Shown here piece by piece: positions 1 to 6,955 of a stretch of 28,829 bases of DNA. The stretch is from a virus (taxonomy: Duplodnaviria; Caudoviricetes). The stretch is from the IMG/VR virus record IMGVR_UViG_3300044742_000152, positions 1 through 28,829 of that record; one strand, 5' to 3'. The first letter of the stretch is position 1. Every line of letters starts with the position of its first letter. The notes beneath the pieces are model-generated. The model did not search any database and was not told the origin of the DNA. It saw only the letters and a list, made by a program, of their open reading frames with translations. A program made the translations under genes and the position numbers.

Positions 1-315
1 GAAGGGTTCATGTTCATCCCTGTCGAGCGACAACTCCAGCACCTCGACGGCTGGCTCTGGGAAGTCCAAGACTGGATCGGCAGGATTGAACACGATAAGC
101 TTGAAGCTCAAAGGGCGAAGGCGTCGGACCCTTACCTCAGAGCGTTCCCTAAGAATACCAACAGCTGCTGGGATTTCAACAGTGCTTGTGCGTATCTCGG
201 TCTCTGTAAGGCGTGGCCCAACCCTATCGATCGTCCAATCCCAGCTGGCTTTACAGCTAAGCGATGGGACCCTCTGGAGCATATCGGACCCATTGAAGGA
301 GTGACCGACGATTGA
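1..315 (+). CDS. PD-(D/E)XK / Cas4-like exonuclease, C-terminal part (5' partial)
   Basis: Frame is open to the window edge. C-terminal Cys triad FPKNTNSC-x6-C-x5-C resembles the Fe-S ligands of Cas4/AddB-like phage nucleases. It lies upstream of an AAA ATPase and SSB, as in Sak4 modules. Confidence 0.65.
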   Translation, partial: EGFMFIPVERQLQHLDGWLWEVQDWIGRIEHDKLEAQRAKASDPYLRAFPKNTNSCWDFNSACAYLGLCKAWPNPIDRPIPAGFTAKRWDPLEHIGPIEGVTDD

Positions 316-476
316 TCTATACAAGAAAACGAGAGCGGGCCTGTTCTGACTGCTGGACTATAGACGGGCAGGCTTGGTGCACTATGAACTGTGGTCCAGC
401 TATTAAGGAGAAGAAGTATGCCAAACGCCAAAGACGCCGGACTGTCTACCGTAGAACGCATCCTCGTAGCCGGTAA
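312..476 (+). CDS. Small Cys-rich, probably Zn-binding protein (54 aa; not in ORF track)
   Basis: TTG start overlaps the upstream TGA (TTGA) with GAAGGAG upstream. Translates MIYTRKRERACSDCWTIDGQAWCTMNCGPAIKEKKYAKRQRRRTVYRRTHPRSR. Fills the otherwise empty gap at 316-417. Confidence 0.5.
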   Translation: MIYTRKRERACSDCWTIDGQAWCTMNCGPAIKEKKYAKRQRRRTVYRRTHPRSR

Positions 477-1278
477 GACCGGAACTGGGAAGACTATGCA
501 GATATGGACCCTACCCGGTCGGAAGTTTGCCTACATCTTCGATCCCAATTCTATGTCCACTCTCAGGGGATGTGATATCGACTACGAGGAGTTCTATCCC
601 GACTTCCTCCAGATGGATGCCACCCTGAAAGGCTTCAACAAGGGTTCCAAGTCCGACATACTACCTGCCGGCAAAAACAAGCGGGAGCCGGCCATCTATA
701 TGAAGTGGGTAGAAGATATCAATAGCAAGGTAGAGAAGGGCTTCTTCAAAGACTACGACTGGCTGATCTTGGACAGCCTGACCTTCCTATCCAAAGCGGT
801 TATGGACCGCCAGCTGTTCATCAACAATAGGTATGGCGACATCGAGGAACTGGGCGACTACCGTGTGGTCGGTAGCAAGATGGCAGACGTCTTTGGTAGC
901 ATATCATCCCTACCAATCAGCCTCTACTGTACCAGCCACTTCACGACCTTCCAGGACGAGAAGACTAAGAAGATCGAAACTCAACTAATGCTGCCAGGCA
1001 AGGCAAGGAATATCCTTCCATTGATGTTCACCAATGTCTGGCTAGCACAAACCAGTGAAGGAGAGAAGGGAGGTGTTAGGTATGAAGTAAGAACCCGACC
1101 AGACCCTCGAGGTCTGCAGGACGTCCGCAGTAGTATTCCCGGATTACAGACTATTGAGGACGTTACTATCAAAGGCTTTGGAGATCAGATGGAAGGTGGC
1201 ATTGGAGGACTGCTCCGTCGTTCCAAGCAAAAGCCTCCTATACAGCCGGTCTCCAAGGTCGCTAGCCTAAGAACATAA
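418..1278 (+). CDS. Phage AAA+/RecA-like ATPase (AAA_24 / Sak4-like recombination protein)
   Basis: Walker A GKTGTGKT and Walker B WLILDSLT. ATG at 418 is preceded by AAGGAG (405-410), so it is preferred over GTG 391. Confidence 0.8.
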   Translation: MPNAKDAGLSTVERILVAGKTGTGKTMQIWTLPGRKFAYIFDPNSMSTLRGCDIDYEEFYPDFLQMDATLKGFNKGSKSDILPAGKNKREPAIYMKWVEDINSKVEKGFFKDYDWLILDSLTFLSKAVMDRQLFINNRYGDIEELGDYRVVGSKMADVFGSISSLPISLYCTSHFTTFQDEKTKKIETQLMLPGKARNILPLMFTNVWLAQTSEGEKGGVRYEVRTRPDPRGLQDVRSSIPGLQTIEDVTIKGFGDQMEGGIGGLLRRSKQKPPIQPVSKVASLRT

Positions 1279-1288
1279 GGAACACAAG

Positions 1289-1687
1289 ATGCCTTTCATC
1301 CAAGTAGCTCTGGACGATGCGAAAGAGGCTGAAGCAGTGCCGGAGGGTGAGTACGATCTTCGGATCGTCAAATCGGAAGATGGCGAGTCCAAGAAGGGCA
1401 ACGCCATGACTACTGTCTACATCAAGATCGAGGACGGTAACTATCCCAACGCGGCTCTTCTCCGCCACTGGATCACCTATCCCGATCGAGATACACCAGC
1501 CGACCAGCGACAAATGAGGCTGCTGGACATCAAGCGCTTCCTGACCTGCTTCAGCGTGGCTATGGAAGGAACTGGCTTCAACTCGGACGATCTGATTGGA
1601 GCCACCGGCCGATCCTTCCTATATCAGGAAGAGGGAGACGACGGCAACATCTACAATCGCCTGAGGCTGCCACGTCTAAAGGTCTAA
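1289..1687 (+). CDS. Putative single-stranded DNA-binding protein (DUF669-like OB fold)
   Basis: VPEGEYDLRIVKSE...SKKGNAM and DDLIG patterns. Directly follows the Sak4-like ATPase. AAGGA RBS. Confidence 0.65.
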   Translation: MPFIQVALDDAKEAEAVPEGEYDLRIVKSEDGESKKGNAMTTVYIKIEDGNYPNAALLRHWITYPDRDTPADQRQMRLLDIKRFLTCFSVAMEGTGFNSDDLIGATGRSFLYQEEGDDGNIYNRLRLPRLKV

Positions 1688-1697
1688 CAACCGTGTC

Positions 1698-1734
1698 GCA
1701 GAGGATCGATAATCAATTGTTATCGGTTCTCTGC
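1698..1734 (+). other. Intergenic RNA stem-loop (15-bp stem, 7-nt loop)
   Basis: GCAGAGGATCGATAA-tcaattg-TTATCGGTTCTCTGC. The two DNA mismatches are G-U pairs in the + strand RNA. No U-tract follows. Confidence 0.65.
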
Positions 1735-1751
1735 CATCCGGGGGAAACCGT

Positions 1752-2012
1752 ATGTCTCATCTAGATAAGCTTCGCAAGAGTATCGAGCACATGAGCCTAG
1801 ATGAGCTCCGTGAGCACGTCCGAACTATGAGAGGAGATCGTCGTGTAAGCAAGGAGAGACGTGGAGAGAAGAAGGTCAAGGCCCGCCGCAGCAGCGGTGC
1901 TAAGGATAAAACCAGCAAGGCGTTGGACAAGATGACGCCGGAGCAGATGGCCGCTCTGTTGGCCGAGCTAGAAGGGGATGGGGATGCAAATTCAGGAGAT
2001 ACCACTCGCTAA
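1752..2012 (+). CDS. Hypothetical small basic helical protein
   Basis: ORF with GGGGG RBS-like run upstream, in operon orientation, overlapping the next gene. Confidence 0.6.
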   Translation: MSHLDKLRKSIEHMSLDELREHVRTMRGDRRVSKERRGEKKVKARRSSGAKDKTSKALDKMTPEQMAALLAELEGDGDANSGDTTR

Positions 2013-3273
2013 TATCAAGGTCAAGGACCGAGTTCGAGAAGATAAAGGAGACATCGAAGAGCTGGCTGCTCTAATTAAGGAGCATGGCCTAATCCAGCCC
2101 GTTACTGTAACTACCGATTTCCAGTTGGTAGCTGGAGAGCGTCGGTATCTAGCCCATCGACTGCTAGGGGCAGATACTATTAAGGCTATAGTTCGTAATG
2201 ATATAAAGGGTGATACTACCATCCTTGAAATTGAGCTTGTCGAGAACCTAGGCCGTAAGGACTTAGTCTGGCATGAGCGGGCTAAGGCCGAGCTGAAGCT
2301 ATACAATATCAAGGTAGCTGAATTTGGAGAGTACAATTCGACAACTAAGAAGGGCTGGACTCAGGAGCAGCAAGCGACCCTGGTTGGAAGAACTCCTATA
2401 GCAGTATCTCACAGTCTACATCTGGCCCGTATTATGGAAGAGTCGCCTGAGCTAGAGCTAGATAAGTTTGATGCGGAAGATCAAGCCATTAAAGATATAA
2501 AGCGCCTTGAGGAGGAGGTAGTCATCAAGGCAGCTCGAACCAAAGTGCCTGACCATATCAAGGTAGCTATCAATAGGGCTGAGGAGCACTATCTGATAGG
2601 CGATGCTCTGAAGGAGATGGCCCAGCTAGACAAGGGTATCTTTGACTTTGCTGAGGTCGATCCGCCCTATGGTGTCGATCTGGACAAGCGCAAGAGCAGG
2701 AACTCTGATACCAGACCTATGAAGCAATATCAGGAATGGGACGAGAACACTTATCCTACCCTGTTCCAACAGACTGCTCAGCTGGTCTACGATCGCCTAA
2801 AGGATAACAAGTTTGCCATCTTCTGGTATGGCATGAGCTGGCATTGCGAAGTACTGTCGAGCCTGAGGAAGGTCGGCTTTGGCATCCCTGATATTCCAGC
2901 AGTCTGGACGAAGGGGGAGAGCGGGCAGACGGCCTCTCCCTATACCACATTGGGTTCATGTTACGAACCGTTCTTCCTCGCTCGAAAGGGCAAGCCGAAG
3001 CTGCCTCGACGGGGCAGGGGTAACGTCTTCGACTTTCCGCCGCTGGGCAAGAAGGATCATCCTACGGAGAAGCCTCTCGCCCTGATGGAGGAGATACTGG
3101 ACCTGTGCCTTGATCCGGGGAGTCACATTCTGATCCCTTTCCTTGGCTCCGGGGTCACCTTGCGGGCTGCCTATCGGCAGAAGCACACCGGAATAGGTTG
3201 GGACCTCTCCCAGCAGCACAAGGACAGCTTCCTGCGAAGAATACAGGAGGACATTGAACATGACAAAGCCTAG
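1978..3273 (+). CDS. ParB-like N-terminal domain fused to a beta-class N6-adenine/N4-cytosine DNA methyltransferase
   Basis: ParB motifs GLIQPV, LVAGERRY and ENLGRKDL. MTase motifs DPPY, HPTEKP and PFLGSG, with the catalytic motif before the SAM-binding motif (beta order). True start may be 1984. Confidence 0.85.
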   Translation: MGMQIQEIPLANIKVKDRVREDKGDIEELAALIKEHGLIQPVTVTTDFQLVAGERRYLAHRLLGADTIKAIVRNDIKGDTTILEIELVENLGRKDLVWHERAKAELKLYNIKVAEFGEYNSTTKKGWTQEQQATLVGRTPIAVSHSLHLARIMEESPELELDKFDAEDQAIKDIKRLEEEVVIKAARTKVPDHIKVAINRAEEHYLIGDALKEMAQLDKGIFDFAEVDPPYGVDLDKRKSRNSDTRPMKQYQEWDENTYPTLFQQTAQLVYDRLKDNKFAIFWYGMSWHCEVLSSLRKVGFGIPDIPAVWTKGESGQTASPYTTLGSCYEPFFLARKGKPKLPRRGRGNVFDFPPLGKKDHPTEKPLALMEEILDLCLDPGSHILIPFLGSGVTLRAAYRQKHTGIGWDLSQQHKDSFLRRIQEDIEHDKA

Positions 3274-3613
3274 ATGCAATGACTGCGGGGTAGGTGAAGG
3301 TGAACTCCATAGGGCAGGCTGCATTAGTCGCGTTGATGAAGGGATAACAGAGCCTGACTTTGAGGCCCTCCGGGCTGCTCGTAATAAGGCAGTGCAGGAT
3401 CAACTGGAAGAGGTTGCTGTTCGACAGGGATGGGACGTGGCACATATTCACCACAGTTTTGACTTCGGTGCCTGCTACTGTGCCTGTCCCAAGGGCCCCT
3501 GCGAGCACGACTTTCAAGGCTGGCGGGCCTTCATCAACGGCGGCGGAGGCGAGACTGTATGTAAGCGCTGCGGCATGGGGGCTATGTCCCATAGCTTAAG
3601 GACATCTGACTGA
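3254..3613 (+). CDS. Hypothetical Cys-rich (Zn-finger-like) protein
   Basis: CNDC..H..C at the N-terminus and CYCAC..PCEH...CKRC at the C-terminus. GGAGG RBS upstream; start may be 3260. Confidence 0.6.
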   Translation: MNMTKPRCNDCGVGEGELHRAGCISRVDEGITEPDFEALRAARNKAVQDQLEEVAVRQGWDVAHIHHSFDFGACYCACPKGPCEHDFQGWRAFINGGGGETVCKRCGMGAMSHSLRTSD

Positions 3614-3810
3614 TGGACCTTGTAACCCTCTATATAGTCGTCAAGTTCGGAGTCCCAGTGATGATCTGGCAGAAGAGTCTCCAGATACAGTTTCGGGATA
3701 TGCGAACCTGCCAGGAGACGGCTCAGCAGCTAAAGAGGCTGGCCTCTACAGCCCAGAACGAGCTGTATATCGAGCTTATGAGCTGCGTCAGGCAGAAAGG
3801 AAAGAAGTGA
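3613..3810 (+). CDS. Hypothetical protein
   Basis: Coupled by TGATG and GTGA overlaps to both neighbours. Hydrophobic N-terminus and two Cys. Confidence 0.6.
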   Translation: MDLVTLYIVVKFGVPVMIWQKSLQIQFRDMRTCQETAQQLKRLASTAQNELYIELMSCVRQKGKK

Positions 3811-5432
3811 CTAAGCCCTACGAAGAAGGCGATCCCCAGAGCAAGCTTCTGGTCCTGGCCGAAGCGCCAGCCCGCGTTGAAATGCGTCTAGGTCGGCCAC
3901 TTGTCGGTCCTTCCGGCGACGTGTTCAATGACTGCTTGCACGCAGCTGGATTGGTCCGAAGGCAATGCTATATCCTCAATGTCTGGCAGGAGTCCGTCGA
4001 TAAGGACAAGGTTGGCAACTGCTATCTACATGGAGAATGTCTATGGAGCACAAAGACCGGGTTTACTGCAGCTGGCCTCGATGCAGCTGCCCCTACATTG
4101 GATCGCATAAGGCGATCTGGTGCCTTGGCGTGCCTGTCTCTGGGTCAGCAGGCTATGGGTCTCCTAATACAAGACAAGCGCCCCATAATGAAGTGGCGCG
4201 GCAGCCCGCTGTGGTCCGACACTATCGACCGGAAGTTCATTCCAACTATCCACCCAGCGGCTACTCTCCACGGAACTTACCTGTGGCGCTACCTTATCAT
4301 AAGCGATATGATAAAGATACAGGGGGAGCTGGAGAGCCGAGAGCTAGTACTCCCTCAACGAAATCTTATCATCCGTCCGACCTACGCAGACTTCTACCAC
4401 TACATACAGAAGTGCCGGGAGGCCAAGAGGGTCTGCACGGATATAGAGGTGATGAACCATCAGGTCAGTTGCTTCAGCCTGAGTTGCGATCCAAGCGAAG
4501 CCATGACCGTGCCATTCTTATCGCCTTCTGGAGGAGACTACTGGACCGAAGAGGATGAAGTCCTCGTCTGGAAGGGATACGCCTCCCTGATGTCCGATCC
4601 AGACATAATGAAGATCAATCAGAATATAGTAGGCTTCGACGCTCCCTTTCTGTTCATGCAGTGCAATATCCACACCAAGGGTAAGCTGGGCGATCCTATG
4701 ATTGCCCAGCACATCATGTATCCTGACTTCAACAAGGGTCTGGACTTCATAGCCAGCATGCACACAAGGGAACCATACTGGAAGGATGATGGCAAGATAT
4801 GGAAAAACCCAAACATAGACTGGGAGACCTTCCAACGCTACTGCGGCCGCGACGCCTGTGTGGCATTAGAAGCGTGGGACGTACTTTCCACGGAGATGAC
4901 AGCTGGCGGCTACTGGCCAACATACAACTTGACAGAAAGGCTGGCAGGCCCTCTTACATATATGACGGCTCATGGTCTCGCAGTGGACAGGGAAGGCCTA
5001 GCGGCTACCAAATCCCGCCTAGAAGCATCAATAGCAACGAAGGAAGCGGAGCTGTTGGCTGCGGCCCAATGGGACTTCAATCCGACCAGTCCCAAGCAGT
5101 GCCAGGAGTACTTCTACGAGACCCTGGGCCTTCCTCCATACAAGAACCCGATGGGAGGAATAACAACAGATGACAAGGCTATGTCTAGGATCGTACGCAA
5201 AGCGGGGGTTGGTGCGAAAGAGGCCAAGCTCGTACAGGAGATTAGAGCCCTTAAGAAGCTTAAAGGTACTTACATTGACGTTGAGCTCGATAAGGACGAC
5301 CGTCTACGATGCAGCTGGAACCCGCGTGGCACCTGGACGGGTAGGCTTTCGTCCTCGCAGACCCTCATGGGAACAGGAATGAACTTACAGAACCTTCACC
5401 CTGAATTCAAGGGGTTCATCGTTGCCGGCTAG
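3807..5432 (+). CDS. polA: Split DNA polymerase A, N-terminal subunit: UDG-like domain + 3'-5' exonuclease + thumb + first palm segment
   Basis: UDG family-4-like motifs AEAPA, GRPLVGPSG and IHPAA. Exo I DIE, Exo II NIVGFD and Exo III YCGRD. Thumb FNPTSPKQ and TTDDKAM. Palm TGRLSS and NLQNL. TAG stop just before motif A. Confidence 0.9.
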   Translation: MTKPYEEGDPQSKLLVLAEAPARVEMRLGRPLVGPSGDVFNDCLHAAGLVRRQCYILNVWQESVDKDKVGNCYLHGECLWSTKTGFTAAGLDAAAPTLDRIRRSGALACLSLGQQAMGLLIQDKRPIMKWRGSPLWSDTIDRKFIPTIHPAATLHGTYLWRYLIISDMIKIQGELESRELVLPQRNLIIRPTYADFYHYIQKCREAKRVCTDIEVMNHQVSCFSLSCDPSEAMTVPFLSPSGGDYWTEEDEVLVWKGYASLMSDPDIMKINQNIVGFDAPFLFMQCNIHTKGKLGDPMIAQHIMYPDFNKGLDFIASMHTREPYWKDDGKIWKNPNIDWETFQRYCGRDACVALEAWDVLSTEMTAGGYWPTYNLTERLAGPLTYMTAHGLAVDREGLAATKSRLEASIATKEAELLAAAQWDFNPTSPKQCQEYFYETLGLPPYKNPMGGITTDDKAMSRIVRKAGVGAKEAKLVQEIRALKKLKGTYIDVELDKDDRLRCSWNPRGTWTGRLSSSQTLMGTGMNLQNLHPEFKGFIVAG

Positions 5433-5730
5433 GATCAGGACCCAACGCGATAAGGAGAGAGCCAAGCTGCGGATGCGGGAATATAGAAGGACCGCATACG
5501 GGAAGACTTGGGCGAAGGAGTACTATAATAGACCAGAAGTTAAGTATAAGCGAAAGTTAGCTAGAATGAAGTACCAGGCCTCCCTCAGGGGCAGGCTACA
5601 ACGAAGCAAGGCAACAAGAGCAAGAGAGAAACGATATGGACAATCTGATCGTCAGAGACGCCGCAGAAAAGATAGTGCAGGAGCTGATCAGAGCACGGGA
5701 GAAGTTCTCCCCTATGAGAGGCCCTCATGA
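5422..5730 (+). CDS. Arg/Lys-rich hypothetical protein
   Basis: TTG start overlapping the end of the polymerase N-half. Very basic helical repeats. Overlaps the next ORF by 95 nt. Confidence 0.4.
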   Translation: MPARIRTQRDKERAKLRMREYRRTAYGKTWAKEYYNRPEVKYKRKLARMKYQASLRGRLQRSKATRAREKRYGQSDRQRRRRKDSAGADQSTGEVLPYERPS

Positions 5731-5860
5731 AGGATATGCCGTCATTCTCGAGGAGCTAGACGAATTGTGGGATGCCGTCAAGTCTAATAACATAGCTCAT
5801 GCAAAGAAGGAAGCCCTGCAGGTAGCTGCAATGGCCCTGGCCTTCATGATAGAGGTGTAA
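5636..5860 (+). CDS. MazG-like all-alpha nucleotide pyrophosphohydrolase-type protein
   Basis: HEGYAVILEELDELW...KEALQVAAMA resembles the EExxE...ExxD motif, with Q in place of the last D. Confidence 0.55.
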   Translation: MDNLIVRDAAEKIVQELIRAREKFSPMRGPHEGYAVILEELDELWDAVKSNNIAHAKKEALQVAAMALAFMIEV

Positions 5861-5861
5861 C

Positions 5862-6737
5862 ATGGCAACCCCCATCTACGTCGTCGACCTAAGTCACTAC
5901 CAGAGCCCAACTGACTTCAAGGCTGCCTATGACTTCGGCGTCCGAGGGATCATCCACAAGGTCACTGAGGGGACCTCCTATGTGGACCCCAACTATGCTC
6001 CGATGCGTCAGAAGTGTGAAGGCTCTGGTATCTTCTGGGGCGCCTATCACTATTTTAGACCGGGCAACATCGAGGCCCAGGTCAACCGCTTTGTCGATGC
6101 GGCACTGCCATCTGCGGGAACCTTGATGGCCCTGGATCATGAAGAGATCGGCTGTAGCGCCCACGATGCAGAGGTCTTTCTACGATCACTTGAGGCCAAG
6201 ATAGGCCGAAAGGGCGTCCTATATAGCGGCCACCTCATCAAGCAGCAGCTGGGCCATCAGGTCAATGAGTACCTGGGAAGCTGTCGCCTGTGGGTCGCTG
6301 AGTGGGATAGCAGCCCAACGCATCAGGCCAGCTGGAAGGACCTCTGGCTTCACCAGTTCACTGGCGACGGCAAGGGACCTTCTCCCCACAGTGTTCCTGG
6401 CCTGGGAACCAACATTGACATAAACCGCTTCTATGGCACCATAGAGGAGCTGACAGAGACCTGGAGCGGCGGCGATCCTATCTCAGGCGAGCCAGTGCAA
6501 ACTGGCCCATACGTCCCAACTAAGGGCAACATCACTGCCTGGGGTCAGGCCACCTTGAACATGCTAGGAGCTAACCCCCCTCTCGGCCTAAAGGTCGATG
6601 GCTCCCACGGCAGCAGGACAATGGCCGCTCTGAAGGATTGGCAGAAGCGGCATGAGGTCATGGAGACAGGCCTCTTCGACCAGGAGACTTGCCAGCAGCT
6701 GATGATGGCCCTGGAAGATTGGAACTCTAGCAGATGA
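5862..6737 (+). CDS. Endolysin: GH25 muramidase with C-terminal peptidoglycan-binding domain
   Basis: VDLSHYQ, KVTEG, GAYHYF, DHE (DxE), LWVAEW, HQFT and DIN motifs. C-terminal LKVDGSHGSRTMAALKDWQ resembles PG_binding_1. GAGGTG RBS. Confidence 0.9.
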   Translation: MATPIYVVDLSHYQSPTDFKAAYDFGVRGIIHKVTEGTSYVDPNYAPMRQKCEGSGIFWGAYHYFRPGNIEAQVNRFVDAALPSAGTLMALDHEEIGCSAHDAEVFLRSLEAKIGRKGVLYSGHLIKQQLGHQVNEYLGSCRLWVAEWDSSPTHQASWKDLWLHQFTGDGKGPSPHSVPGLGTNIDINRFYGTIEELTETWSGGDPISGEPVQTGPYVPTKGNITAWGQATLNMLGANPPLGLKVDGSHGSRTMAALKDWQKRHEVMETGLFDQETCQQLMMALEDWNSSR

Positions 6738-6955
6738 TCGACAAATCGAGTGGAATGACAGAAGCAAATGTGACCATCGAGGGAACAGTGCTGACCTTTG
6801 CTCAGTCGATGGCACTGCGAGTGGCGCTGTCGGACTTTCTGATGCAGCTGGACGATGGAGAGTTTACCAACGGACTTGGACCTGAACTGGCGCAGAACTA
6901 CCGCGACCGCTGTAGCGAGGTCCTAAAACTGATGCTAGGAAATCGACGAAAATGA
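6734..6955 (+). CDS. Hypothetical phage protein
   Basis: ATGA overlaps with both neighbours. Confidence 0.65.
   Translation: MIDKSSGMTEANVTIEGTVLTFAQSMALRVALSDFLMQLDDGEFTNGLGPELAQNYRDRCSEVLKLMLGNRRK

Noticed and set aside
1-315. CRISPR-Cas system suggested by the Cas4-like protein
   Set aside because: No array or other cas genes. The context is a phage recombination module.
5427-5432. Ribosomal bypass (Gly codon followed by TAG, as in T4 gene 60)
   Set aside because: The gap is about 1.5 kb, the obvious Gly landing codon lies past the catalytic Asp, and the C-half has its own start.
5433-6951. Group I/II intron or split intein joining the polymerase halves
   Set aside because: The spacer is filled by coupled ORFs, with no visible ribozyme core or maturase. 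Neither half has intein N- or C-terminal motifs.
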